DNA of 64,000 bases. Origin: the human T2T-CHM13v2.0 reference genome, Homo sapiens. The translations under genes were made by a program, and so were the position numbers. Each line of letters begins with the position of its first letter. Positions within the stretch are counted from its first letter, which is position 1. This document shows, piece after piece, positions 1 through 18,112 of the stretch. Location: NCBI RefSeq assembly GCF_009914755.1, contig NC_060930.1; one strand, written 5' to 3'. The notes under the pieces are model-generated. The model worked only from the letters and a program-made list of their open reading frames with translations, did not search any database and was not told where the DNA came from.

Positions 1-340
1 GAAAAATTCCTAAGCTTCCTATATTAGTCTGGAGGAGAAGAGAGATACTAATTAACTTTACATTCTTTAAGAATTTTTTAAAATAAATATTAAAGGAATA
101 GAATTAGAATGTATAATTTCTTAACCAAAAGAGGGGAAAAGAAGGAAAATAAAAGAATAAAAGAATATAACAATGAGATATTGGCAATATCAATAAGGCA
201 GGAATGAGAGGAATGGGAAAATACCCAAAAATACAAAATCTAAATCAATTCCAAATAAACCTGAATTAACAGCCTAAAAAATATGTTGAGTGATACATAA
301 TAAGTTATATGAATACATACATATTTTTAAAAATAAATCA

Positions 341-696
<356 letters not shown>

Positions 697-817
697 GAAA
701 AATATAAAAACATGGATGGGAAAGATAGTGGCTCCCTCCTGCAGGGAAGGAAGATTGAAGACAGGTACAAAGGGGTTTCAGAGTACCTTCACATTTTTTT
801 AATAATGAGAAACCAAA

Positions 818-868
818 AAAAGGAAGAAAGAGAAGGAGGAGGAAGAGGAAGAGGAGGAAGGAAGGAAG
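818..868 (+). repeat. (GGA/GAA)n purine repeat
   Basis: Direct reading. Confidence 0.85.
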
Positions 869-1103
869 ATCAATGATGAGCCATTCAGTCCAACACAAAT
901 AATTGTACACAAACAGGCAACTCAAGAAAACTGCCCCCTCAACAAATTAAAAAGCACAGAAAAACAGATAAGGCATGAGTAAGTACAAAATAAGACCTAC
1001 GAAGGATGATTTAAAAACGGTTTGTCTTCAGTTACTGGTATTGGCTTTGACCTCCTAACTGGAAAAGAAAATGGATTTAATTTGCTAAAAAAGATTGATA
1101 CTA

Positions 1104-1394
1104 GGCCAGGCATGGTGGCTCACGCCTGTAACCCCAGCACTTTGGGAGGCTGAGGTGGCTGGATCATGAGGTCAGGAGTTCAAGACCAGCCTGACCAACA
1201 TAGTGAAACTCCATCTCTACTAAAAATACAAAAAATTAGCTGGGCGTGGTGGCGGGCACCTATAATCCCAGCTACTCGGGAGGCTGAGGCAGAGAATTGC
1301 TTGAACCCGGGAGGTGGAGGTTGTAGTGAGCCGAGATCGCACCACTGCACTCAAGCCTGGATGACAGAGCGAGACTTTGTCTCAAAAAAAAAAA
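1104..1394 (+). mobile_element. Alu (AluS)
   Basis: Full dimer; TSD aaaaagattgata. Confidence 0.95.
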
Positions 1395-1659
1395 GATTGA
1401 TATTAGAGTGAAGGGCGACTATGTGACTCTAGGATATTTTAATATTTGACAGAGTTTAGTGTATGTATTTTAGAAAATCTTGTGTCCTTGAAATATTTAC
1501 AAATAAGAATAATTTGACTAATTTAATAAAGACCTCTTTCTGAAAGCAAAAGGGTACACTACTAGATCACTGGTTCTCAAACTTAGTGATCTGAAAATTT
1601 GGGAGTAAAAAACTGCAAACGGTGTTGAACAAGTAAAAGCAACCTCAGGATGCTTCCAA

Positions 1660-1945
1660 TTCTTTTTTTCTTTTCTTTTTTTGTCTGTCTGTCTCCAAGG
1701 CTAGAGTGCAGTAGTACGATCATGGCTCATTGCAGCACAGACCTCCTGGGCTCAAAAAATCCTCCCTCCTTGGCCTCCTGAGTAGCTGGGACTACAGATG
1801 CACGCCACCACACCTCAGTAATTTTTTTAAAAATGTTTTGTAGAGACGGGCATCTCACTATGTTGCCCAGGCTGGTCTCGACCTCCTGGGCTCAATGATC
1901 CTCCCACCTCAGCCTCCCAGGTGCTAGGATTAAAGGCGTGAGCCA
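1660..1945 (-). mobile_element. Alu (AluJ-like)
   Basis: Poly-T followed by reverse-complement Alu body. Confidence 0.9.
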
Positions 1946-2004
1946 ATTCTAAACGCCTCAAGCTAAGGAGGTTCCTCCACCCACCACCATTTGCCAGTAT
2001 TCTG

Positions 2005-2075
2005 AAGAGGAGGAGGAGGAGGCAGAGGAGGAGGCAAAGGAGGAGGGAGGAGGAAGGGGAGGAAGAAGAGGAAGA
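2005..2075 (+). repeat. (GGA)n purine repeat
   Basis: Direct reading. Confidence 0.9.
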
Positions 2076-2574
2076 GCTCAAAAGTAAAACTAAATCACTC
2101 ACTACTTTTACCTACACGTTGCTACTTTTACCTACTTGTTCTCTGTCATTTCTCACTAAGGCAAAGAGGTGGATGCAAAGAGAATTTGAATAAATTTGAT
2201 AGCTTTCTACTACATTTCCTCTCCCACAATTCTTCGTCAGGTATTGGCTCTTCCTTACCTTGGCCAGAGTCAAGAGAAAGGAGGATAGAATTACTTGTCT
2301 TTCAAATCAATTATCAGTAGGAAATTTTGCTACCGGTTGTTATTAAGTTTATGGCAGCTAAAAATGTACCTTCTGCTTTTCTGTCTTCTTTCAAAGTGAT
2401 GACAAAGATTTTTACCCAGACACCAAGACCACCAGACATATCTTGGGTCAGTCCTATAAGACCCTTCAGGACTGCAGAAAGGTACCATGAGTACTTTGGG
2501 GACAACCAGACTATATGATCTCAACCATTCCAGCCAGAGGGAGATTCTGAAATGGCATTTTTTCCCCCAATACT

Positions 2575-2690
2575 CTTTTTTTATTGAGGTATAATTTACA
2601 TATTATAAAATGTACATACTTTAAATATACAATTCTGTTAATTTTGATGAAACTGTATACCCATCTCAATCAGGATACAGTGTAAAGTCA
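2575..2690 (-). mobile_element. L1M 3' end fragment
   Basis: tttattgaggtataatttacata...aaatgtaca, typical of L1M 3' ends. Confidence 0.65.
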
Positions 2691-3709
2691 TTTTTAAAGG
2701 GAGTTTATTACCTGGATAGACCCAATAGCAATGAAGCACAGTAACTTCTTCAGTTTCCAGATCTTATATTTGAAATGGTAGAAACAGCATCAAAGACTTA
2801 ACAGCTAATGAGAGACAGTGTGGCAAACAGTGCATTTTACCCCATCTGTAAGAACGGTTCTATTTTCCAAAGTCACTTAGCTAAGCAACAGTAAATGCTA
2901 TAAATCACTGTAAAGTGATTTGTACTTTCAAGTACAAATCTTAACATTTATATGCTGAAAAGCGATTCATCATACTTTATTTCTTTCAAATTTCCTTACA
3001 CCGCCACATGAATAAGCGATATATCTTATCTTCTGTCCTATCTGAAAAATCTGGATTAACAGCCTTGGCTGAATTCTATTCTAGCCACAGGAGTACAGGG
3101 CTACAAATAGTTCTCTTTAAGTCAAAGGAAAATAACAACAAATACAGGAACACCTCACTCTGAAGTTCCTTTATTTTGGCTTAAGCCTCTCTTAACAGGC
3201 TCTTTTCAAGCCTTTGGAGCATTATTAAACGATCCTACTATTGATTTTCAGCGCTGAGTACTGGTGAAAATGGAGCGCCTTCCGCTCTAATGACTGAAGT
3301 CCCCTCACTGTCTAAAGGACAGGTACAAAGGCAGGAGACGCACTTGGAGTTCATTCTTACAACCATCCTCATGACTTAGATTTTAACGCCTGGAAATAGG
3401 ACAGGTGGGAAATAGGACACGGAATTCAACTCATCTCTCTTACTTAAATATAACACTGCTGCTATTTCTGCTACTTGTGAAATTTTTTAAGTATTGGTAT
3501 ATTTTGCTATTCAGCATGAAGCTGTATGCTTCATTTCCACCTTTGAAATCCAAATTTCCAAGTAATCACTTTTAGGAAAGCATTCCTCTATTTTCAGCTT
3601 CATTCTCCATGGACCATTTATTTATTTGTGATGCCAAGCCATTGAGTAACCAGAGGTTACAGTAAGAATTCGTCATGCCAGTTTCCATCTTAAAAAGAAA
3701 AGCCTTCAA

Positions 3710-4270
3710 GACAAGCAAACCATTTTTTTTAATGGGTAAAAGAAATGAACAGGCATTTCATATAAGAGGGAAAAGAGAATAGTCTCATAAGTTCAACCTC
3801 ATAAATAATCAGGAAAGTGCAAATTAAAGCCACAATGAGACACCATTTCACACCCCATCAGATTAGCAAAAATTTGTAGTCTGACAATACCAAGTGTTGA
3901 TGAGGATGTAAAACTACAGAAACTCTCATACAAATTGGTATGGGGGGAGGTGTCTAAATGGGCAAAGCTTGTTGGAAAGAAATGTGTATTACCTAGCAAA
4001 GGTGGTGCACACACCCCTTATCCCAGGTATTCTGTTTCTGGGAGACATGTACACACACATACACACACACACACACACTGGACTGTATGTTAGGGTTAGG
4101 TGATATTAGTGTTAATTTTATTGTGTGACAATTCTGAAGTATTTAGGAGTGAAATGTCAAGATGTCTACAACTTTTAAATGGTTCAGCAAAAAACAAACA
4201 AAAACGTGGAGAGAGACAAGGAGAAAGAGAGAGAAACAGAGAAAGCAAATGTGATAAAATGTCTTTAAAA
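3710..4270 (+). mobile_element. L1M (L1ME-like) ORF2-end/3' UTR fragments with (CA)n at 4050-4078
   Basis: gcaaattaaagccacaatgagacaccatttcacacc...ctgacaataccaagtgttg. Confidence 0.75.
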
Positions 4271-4279
4271 GGGAGTGGC

Positions 4280-4500
4280 AGGCTCTGAGGGCAGAGTCTG
4301 CAAGTTTGAATCATGGCTGTGCCAATTATTGATTGTAATCTGGGTAATTTATTGAAGCTCTCTCTACCTCGGCTTAGTCATCTATAGAATAGGAGTAATA
4401 GTGGTATATACTTGACAGAGATGTCGCATTAAATAATTCATGTGAAGTACTCCAAGCAGTTGCTGCTTTCTCATAAGCCTTCGATAAATGTTAGTTATTA
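4280..4500 (+). mobile_element. MIR
   Basis: tttgaatcatggctgtgcc...catctatagaataggagtaatag...aaatgttagttatta. Confidence 0.7.
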
Positions 4501-4543
4501 CTTCCGTTAGTTCCATTCTGCAGATGATGTAAATTGAGACTCA

Positions 4544-6459
<1,916 letters not shown>

Positions 6460-6460
<1 letters not shown>

Positions 6461-6596
6461 TTTTTGTTTGTTTGTTTGTTTTGGGTTGTTTTTGAGGGAA
6501 GGTCTCATTCTGTTGCCCAGGCTGGAGTGCAGTGGCACAATGCTGGCTCACGGCAGCTTCAAACTCTCTGGCTCAAGTGATCTTCCCACCTCAGCC
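6460..6596 (-). mobile_element. 5'-truncated Alu right arm (AluJ/FRAM-like)
   Basis: (GTTT)n tail, partial right arm, TSD ctacatatg. Confidence 0.85.
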
Positions 6597-7039
6597 TACA
6601 TATGTTTATTATAAAATTCTCTGTAGGTTTTTGTATGCCTGAAATGTTTCATAATTTAAAAGTAGTACTCATATAATGAAATTTTAAAATTAAAATTTAA
6701 TTTAAATGTGTCTCTGAGAATGTAATTAGTTGAAGGTACAATCATAAACTTCAGGAATAATTTGGAAAAATATTTTTACATTTTTATTTCTGGCAAAAAC
6801 AGGATTTCCAAACCAGAACATATAATTTCTCCAAAAACAGAAATGATTTTTAATGACAATATTTTATTGTCATTATTACTCAATTTTGTTTAAAACCCAA
6901 AGTATCTCCACCAGAGGGAAAAATTAAGACAAAACACTTCCCTTCCTAAAAAAAAATATGTCTAAAAGAGGGAGTTAGTGAAGACATTGAATCTGTAAAA
7001 AGTGGTAGTCATTTTATTCTACCAACATATTCTAAATTT

Positions 7040-7150
7040 AGAGGGAAATCCACGGCTAGAGCAGCCCCTGGGTGACTCAGCCCAGCTTCCAGGCTTGGCA
7101 GAGCCAATCAGCACAGTGTGGCCGACTCCGCCAGGGGCTGGATTACACAT
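7040..7150 (+). promoter_or_regulatory. Upstream (alternative) promoter-like element
   Basis: AP-1 TGACTCA 7073-7079; NF-Y-type AGCCAATCAG (CCAAT 7104-7108); GC-box-like CTCCGCC 7126-7132; local CpGs; a consensus donor follows ~100 nt after CCAAT. Confidence 0.55.
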
Positions 7151-7208
7151 CTGCACGCGGTTCAACAGCTTCGTTAGTGACACAGAGTCAAGCTAGCTTG
7201 AAAAGCAG
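7150..7208 (+). other. Putative non-coding alternative first exon (start approximate)
   Basis: Ends at CAG|GTAAGG (7206-7214); lies just 3' of the CCAAT box; no ATG inside. Confidence 0.45.
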
Positions 7209-7528
7209 GTAAGGAAAACACTCGGCGCATTCCACATTTTCCCTTAAGGAGAATTACACCTTCAAGTCAAGCTGCATTTTGCATGCCTAGGACCCCCAAA
7301 ACACTATTTAAATTATGTACAGAAACCATTTCATCCCCAGTGAAATATATTTGTCTCTTCCGGAGAAATAAGGGGTGACCCAGTCCCCAAAGAGTCCACC
7401 CCCCAGGGTGAAGACCCCCGCTCCGCAAGGATCACAGGTGGGTGTTCCAAGGCATCCACACTCTGGTTTTGTTTTTTTTTTTTGTTTTTTTGTTTTTTGG
7501 GTTTTTTTTTTTTTTGTATCAACTTCTC

Positions 7529-7853
7529 TTTTTTTTTTTTTTTTTTTTTTTCCGAGACGGAGTCTCCCTCTGTCTCCACACTCCAGCCTGGAGTGTGGTG
7601 CGATCTTGGCTCACTGCGAGCTCCGCCTCCCGGGTTCAGGCGATTCTCCTGCCTCAGCCTCCTGAGTAGCTGGGATTACAGGTGCCCGCCACCAGGCCTG
7701 GCTAATTTTTTGTATTTTTAGTAGAGACTAAAAATTCGCCATGTTGTTTCGCCATGTTGGCCAGGCTGGCCTCGAACCCCTGTCCTGAGGTGATTCACCC
7801 ACCTCGGCCTCCCAAAGTGCTAGGATTACAAGCATGAACCACCGCGCCCTGCC
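7529..7853 (-). mobile_element. Alu (AluS) between the two promoter-like elements
   Basis: Reverse Alu with poly-T; degenerate TSD atcaacttctctt / attaacgtctctt. Confidence 0.95.
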
Positions 7854-8529
7854 ATTAACGTCTCTTAAAGCACACACTCTGTCTCAAAGGCTGGAGGGTT
7901 TGGGAACGTTCTCGTCCTTTCTGTGACCCATCTACCACAGTCTTGGGGGTAAAAGCCCCGGTTTAAAAAGCTGGGAAATTCCACCTCATGGCCACGCGGT
8001 CTCAGCAGCTCTGGCGACTGGGAAACGTAGGGTTACAGGGCGGTAAAGATCATCAGAAAGGAGGGCTGAGGAGAGAAACTAAAGACTAAAGGTGAGAGGT
8101 CACAAACCCTGAAATTAGTAAAGATCTACGTTGTCGGGGGTGGGGGTGCGTGTGCGCCCAGCAAAAAGCCTCTGCGTCCACACAGGGATCCACCGCGGGG
8201 CTTCTGGAACTCACAGGCTCCCTCGGAGCCTTCAAAGACGCGACCTGATTGACAACAATTTTGTTTACACACCACACGCCCTGGGAAAGCCACACACCAG
8301 TGCCGGCGTTCCAGACGCTTCCTCTGCGCAGAGCCGGCCCAGGACGGGGGCGGGGCGGGCCCTGTTGCTCAACTCACCTCTCCCGCCCCGCACCCGCTCC
8401 CCGGGGAGGCGCCGACCCAGCGAAACTGGTGCATGTGTCAGCCGCCCAGCACCGGCCCAGGAGGCCGGCCGCGCCGCAGGCCGGCCTGGGAAAACGCCCA
8501 GCGGCTGCAGGCCTCCCGCTGCGCGCTGC

Positions 8530-8630
8530 GTGGTTCTGCACTGCACTCAGGACCTGTCAGGAGCAACACACACGCACATGCACACGCCCACACACATGCA
8601 CACAGACACACACGTGCACACACTGCGTCG
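8530..8630 (+). other. RBM47: Putative non-coding first exon (5' UTR) of a gene with a very long first intron; RBM47 is a tentative recall-based guess
   Basis: At the 3' edge of the CpG island; CA-rich leader; donor TCG|GTAGGA at 8630/8631; no coding exon seen in the next 55 kb. Gene identity is from memory of the architecture, not checked. Confidence 0.45.
8566..8623 (+). repeat. Degenerate (CA)n/(CG)/(TG) alternating purine-pyrimidine tract
   Basis: acacacacgcacatgcacacgcccacacacatgcacacagacacacacgtgcacacac. Confidence 0.9.
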
Positions 8631-10084
8631 GTAGGAATAGCTCAGAGGTGCCCTTCCTTTCCAGGCAAAGTGCTTAGTAGCTGAATTCAGCGAGAAGAAA
8701 TCATCCAAAGGTAACCCTTGCTCTGAGCCCTCCCCAGGAAGAAGAGAGAGGTCACTCTGGAAAAGCCTGGAACCTTCTCTCGCTTGAGGGTGCGGACAGC
8801 AGCCCACCTCCCCTTTGGCTAGGCCAAAGATCTCTCCTTCCTTTTAGGCCTAGCTTTCCCTGTCACTAAAAGGGCTACATTTATCCTTAAATATCATCTA
8901 AGCTGAAATACTACTACATTGCTTTGCAGTCGGTCATAGTGGAATCTTAGTTTCAGAACTACATTCAACACCTACTGCGCAGAAGCACCACATGGACACT
9001 GCCACAAAAATTAACACAGTGGATCCTAACAGAGCTGAATGGGGTTGCTGTGAATATCTCCCTAGTAAGATAGGAAAAAGGCCCATGTGGGCTATGATAT
9101 TTGTATAAAGTGGTGTCGATGAGCTCATTGCAGGACTAGCTATTTGAACTTAAGTTTCAATGCAGTGTAAATGAGAACTGACTTCACCCTTGACTTTTAT
9201 TTTTCTCTCCAAGTATTTCTCACTAGCCATTTTCATTTCCTCCTTTTCCTACCATTCTCACCCTCATCTTTCTACCCTCTTCTTGAAGCAGAGCACTTTT
9301 TCTCCACACTCTGGAAGGCCAGAGAGGAGAGAGGATTAGAGGCCCGTAAGCAGGGGAAATCCTATCCATTAGAAAAGGACAAGGGCAGAACAGGGGACTT
9401 CCGTGCTTCTCCTGCCAAGTTAATACGCTAGGAGAAGCAGCTGGGTCGGGTCTGGACACGCTTTTCTGTTCTGCAGCTCACAGAATTTTTTTTGTCACTT
9501 TAACTTCAGTGATCTCCGGTGCCCCCGAAGGCAAGTAGCACACCTGAATCATTAAGCTTCAGATGAGTTGAGTTCAAAGTTTTATTTTCTACTTTTAAAG
9601 CCCTCAATAAATTAGGGCAAAGGTACTGGGAACCCAGCCTCTTGCCCTGGCGTTCCTCTGGGATTGTTAAGGTTGGCTAAGCAATCTGCTCTTGAGAAAC
9701 CAGGTGTAGAGAGACCTGGGTGGAGAGATCCGGGGGTTGTTTGTGGAACTTTCTCCTCCTCTGTGGCATATGCCAGCGTCTCTCAGGAGCAATCCTGCAA
9801 GGTTGCCTCCAGAGCTAGGTGGTGTCGACCTGTCTTTGTTATGCAAGTTGCTGAACTCACAGTGTTCCAGCGGAGTGTTCCTGGCCAGCGCATGAATGAG
9901 GAAATGGGTCGACACGAATTCTGGGCAGCAGGATTGGAATGCAACACCTCCCCACCCCTGCCTTCCCTGCACCCCCATCTTCTTGGGATAGCTGATACTC
10001 GAAGAGAAGCTAATGCTTGATTAAAGTGATACAATACTGTGTAGTCAGACGAACATTCTGAACAAATCTAAGTTGATCTTTTAA

Positions 10085-10522
<438 letters not shown>

Positions 10523-10964
10523 TAGTTGTTTTTAAGATTTTTACATTGTATTAACAGAGGGGAATTATTGTTTTTTTCTCTGAACACTGCCTGCCTGCAT
10601 ATCCCCTGCCTCTGGAGCAACTAACATGCTTTTGAATTCTGGCTGCAGAAGTGACATTTGGTGTCATTTTCCAGGTGGTGCTGACTGTCTCCCCAGGAAC
10701 AATGCGGAGACCCTGGGATTTTGTATGTAGGGTCTGAGACACAGGCGGGAATGTAGAGCAACAGAAGGAAGTTCTCTTAAGGTTGCTTCATTCCAGACCC
10801 CTGGGATGCCCCCACAATTACACCAAAATTCTGTTCTGGAAGATCTGCCCACTCCAATCAGATTCCCAAGGCCAAGACAAACAATAAAACGCATGACCAT
10901 CACAACAAAAGGAGGTGGGAGGATAAACTATGGTGAGGTCAGCCCCCTAAAGAGTGAGCTTATT

Positions 10965-11742
<778 letters not shown>

Positions 11743-12292
11743 TCATTGTGCTTCATAAAGTGATCTAAACCTATTGGAAGTGACATCCAGGAGACATACA
11801 AGCTCACATGGATGAATGAGGCTAGCATGCTGTGAGCTCCAGGAAGTTTGAAAGAAGCTGAGAAATGGCCCCATTGCTCATGACCATCCAAGGCAGTCTC
11901 CAGTGATCTTCATGGTGACACCAGCCACTTCTCTTCTTATGTTATTTACTAGTAGGTGATATCAGTCCCTTCTCACACTGCTCTAAAGAACGCCCGAGAC
12001 TGGGTAATTTATCAAGGAAAGAGATGTCATTGACTCACATCCACATGGCTGGAGAGGCCTCAGGAAACTTACAATCATGGTGGAAGGGGAAGCAAACCCG
12101 TCTTCTTCACGAGAGAGAAGTGTCAAGCAAAGCAAGGAAAAGCCCCTTCTAAAACCATCAGATCTCATGAGAATTCACTCACTATCATAAAAACAGCATG
12201 GGGATAACCGCCCCCATGATTCAATTAACTCCCACCAGGTCCCTCCCATAATACGTGGGGATTACAGGAACCACAATTCAACATGAGATTTG

Positions 12293-12884
<592 letters not shown>

Positions 12885-13332
12885 GGGGGGGGGTGAGATT
12901 TGGGTGGGGACACAGCCAAACCATGTCATTGACGTTCTGCTTAGAGTGAAGGATCCCTTTCCACTTTACTCAAGAGAATGGTCATGCTTATAGTACTTTA
13001 TCTCAGTGTCCTCCACAGCATTTTGCTGAGGAATCAAATCCGTCTGTTATTATGGGAAGAGTACAGACTTTTAGGGAACTGAGATAAGAAAATCCTTTGG
13101 CTGGAATAATTTGTTCTTTATTTTACTAAGTCTCTCAGTAACATAGTGAACCTATCTGGGCGGTAAATAGATTCAAAGTCATAGGGGAAATGACCCAAAT
13201 ATTTTATTTTGTTTTTACGCTTTTGTTATGCTGAGTTAATTTAGAAAATCAATGATACCCCAAGTGAAATAGCCTTTACTTAAACCCTTACAAATAAACT
13301 AGACATATGTCCTTAAAAACAAATTAAAAACC

Positions 13333-13641
13333 AACCAGGCACAGTGGCTCACACCTGTAATCCCAGCGCTTCCGGAGGCTGAGGCAGAAGAATCACTTGA
13401 GGCCAGGAGTTAGAGACCAGCCTGGGCCACATAGTAAGACTCTATCTCTACAATAAAAATAAAAAAATTAGCCAGGCATGATGTCATGTGCCTGTCATCC
13501 CGGCTACTCAGGAGGTTGAGGCAGGAGGATTGCTTGAACCCAGGAGTTTGAGGCTGCAGTAACCTATGATTACACCACTGCACTCCAGGCTAGGCAACAG
13601 AGTGAGACCTTATCCCTTAAAATAAATAAATAAAATAAAAA
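13333..13641 (+). mobile_element. Alu (AluJ-like)
   Basis: Full dimer, (TAAA)n tail. Confidence 0.95.
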
Positions 13642-13645
13642 CAAC

Positions 13646-14010
<365 letters not shown>

Positions 14011-14387
14011 TAAGAGATAGATGAATTGGACTGATGGGGAAGTAGGGGGAATTAATTTAAGTTACTGATTGTTCCTTTTCTCAAAATTCTTTGGCAAAAA
14101 TTAAGGTATGCCAAGTATCTATCAGTTTTATGATGACAAGACCATAAAACTTGTTTCATTAAACATTTCCCTTATCTTACAACTGTCTAAACAGGAATTT
14201 TCCCATTTAGCACCCTATCAATCCAGAGTTAGGATTATGCTGCAGTCTAGGAGGTCTCATATATCAAATGTTAATATTTATATAGTTATTAAAATATTTG
14301 ATAATTTGTACAGGGGCTCTGTAAAATTAAGTATCACATGCCATTTATAGTATTGGAAAAGAGTATAAATAGAAAATTATGTTCTAG

Positions 14388-14699
<312 letters not shown>

Positions 14700-16659
14700 C
14701 TAGCCTTTGGTCTTTGCTGTAACACTTGTAAGATGACATTTTTATGTGGTAGGTGTAAGGGAACACTTCTTTAAAGTACAACATTTAAGCAAAAGCTTTT
14801 ACATTATGTTGTGCCGTGGTTTTCAGACTGCATTTATCCACAGACTCTTTTCCAAACAAAATATTAAGTAAAAGCCAAGTAAATAAAACAAATGTGAACA
14901 GAGTTGTTGAGGGAGCAGTGGAGGGGTGTTGGTGATCCGCACCCTCTGAGGGGCAACAAATGCCCCTTAGAGGAACACCGGACCTGTAGGAACTTGAAAG
15001 CCGATGTAGTAAGGCTTATTTAAAAGAAAATAAATGAAAGGTGCTGTTTGAGATGACATATCTTTTCCTTGCAGCTGCATGCATGTATGCATGTGTGTGT
15101 GTTTGCAAAATACCATTTAATTAATATCCATTTCTTATCTCTATCATTGTTACTTTCAAGCTGTAACTTTTGTGGCATTTTAGGATAGTGCAATACACAA
15201 TTTGTCTATAAGTTTCAAATTCCATTTTTAAAAAAACTGCAGTACAAAGGTTTTTTTTAAATGTGCACATGGAATGTGCATCCCACACTCCATGTATTGC
15301 AATGTATACATTAATATAAAATTTTTACAACTTGAAAATATCAAAATTAGCTATTGGCTGAAATCAGCTGGATCTTTCTACATTTGTTTAGATGGTCAAG
15401 AGAACACATTGTGTCCGATTGGAGAGTATGTTAGCATCCTTGCACAGCTGTGCTGCCAAAAAGATACCTTTTCAGCTGCCAAAAAGCTCCTTTCAGGAGC
15501 AAAGGTATAGGAGGTCATGCAGAGAACCAAAGAGTGATGAGGCACACAACATATTCACGCTTTCCTTGTAAAGCAGAGATTAATAAGCAAGCACACAAAT
15601 GAAGCTGAGACAGCAAGGCTGAAACTTTGGTTTAGTTGAGTTTGTATTTTCCACCTTTGGCCAATACTTTTTTCATGAAACTCAAGCAGAAATTGTGGAA
15701 GAGACAAATCCAGAAACAGACCTTCTCATAAATCCAAAGCATTAAATCTTAGGCTGAATAGAAAGGTCTATGATTTTGGCCTGCTATGTATGTACAGTTA
15801 AAATAAGAGAGGTTCGTGTGACTTTTATCTACTGTAAGATTATTTATGTGTACGCCAACATACATTTTCAAATTGGATGCTTAATGCTGCATTTCTTTAA
15901 ACATGTCATTCTCTGATTCAAGCTAAGTTGGAATTGTTTAAGTTCTATTGGGGCTTTCAAGAGAAATACTAGAGAAGAATCTACTGTGAACCAAATTAAT
16001 ACACTAATCTCCAGTTTGGTTTTTGGCAGCTTTGCTTCTGCCAGGGAATATTAGCTCCTGTAATTGTAGCCATTGTGCAACTAATTGTATATACAATTAT
16101 ATTGCATGCATTTTGATGTTTGTAAATGCAAATGCTTTAGAGTGAGAAACCACCACAGGCTTAAATGAGGAAGATGGACAAGTGGGTGGATCTGTGGGTG
16201 TGGCCACCTGGCCAAGCCTGTCCACAATGTCTTGTAATGAGGCTCCAGCTAGGAGCTTCCCCGACCTTCAGTGTAGTTTGGCAAGTGGAGGATACCTGTC
16301 TTTGTAAAAGCATCTGAGAATGATAATATTTTCTATCCAATTTATTCAGATTGTATTATCTAAGATGGCCTTTATTTTCAAATTATATGATCTATACAGT
16401 ATTTGAAGTTTCCTAAGAACATAGGTAAAAGGAAAAAGAAAAGTGCTTATTATATGTTATGCAATACTTTCTTAACCTACCTCACAGAATTAGTGTCAGG
16501 ATCAAATAAACTTGAAAATGGTAAAAGACATTGCAAACTGTGAAAAAGGATTCACATCTATTGATATAAACACGTTTGAATTACATTTCGGCCTTGAAAT
16601 AAACATGAAAAGTTCAGATGACCACGTCAGCCCTCTCCTGTGAGAACATGTGATGTTCG

Positions 16660-17848
<1,189 letters not shown>

Positions 17849-17849
17849 C

Positions 17850-18112
17850 AGTCTGGGTGTGGTGGCTTATGCCTGCAATCCCAGCACTTCAGGAGGCTGA
17901 GATGGGAGGATCACTGGAGTCCAGGAGTTCAAGACCAGCCTGGGCATCATAGTGAGATGACATCTCTACAAAAAATTTAAAAATTAGCTGGGCATGGTGG
18001 CGCACACTGGTAATTCCAGCTAAGGCTGAGGCTGGAGGATTGCTTGGGTCCCGAAGGTCAAGGCTGCAGTGAGTTGGGATCGTACCACTGCCCTCCAGCC
18101 TGGACGACAGAC
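17850..18112 (+). mobile_element. Alu (AluJ-like), lacking A tail
   Basis: Dimer ends at ctggacgacag. Confidence 0.9.

Larger units (their letters stand above)
1568..2510. mobile_element. Possible old hAT-Charlie-type DNA transposon remnant interrupted by an Alu and a GGA repeat
   Basis: Charlie-like termini cactggttctcaaact (1568) and tttggggacaaccag (~2495-2509); interior not confidently matched. Confidence 0.3.
7950..8630. promoter_or_regulatory. CpG-island promoter
   Basis: Dense CpG and high GC in non-repeat sequence, unique in this window; GC boxes GGGGCGGGGC 8347-8356 and CCCGCCCC ~8382-8389; forkhead TGTTTAC 8262-8268. Confidence 0.85.

Noticed and set aside
2102-2135. ctacttttacctac direct repeat
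   Set aside because: Ordinary short slippage duplication with no functional clue
8131-8807. Overlapping 60-167 aa ORFs across the CpG island
   Set aside because: Expected from stop-codon scarcity in GC-rich DNA; mostly non-ATG starts, low-complexity HT/CV runs and no recognisable domain
12241-12256. PRDM9 hotspot motif in the THE1 LTR
   Set aside because: Reads cctcccataatac, which does not match CCTCCCTNNCCAC
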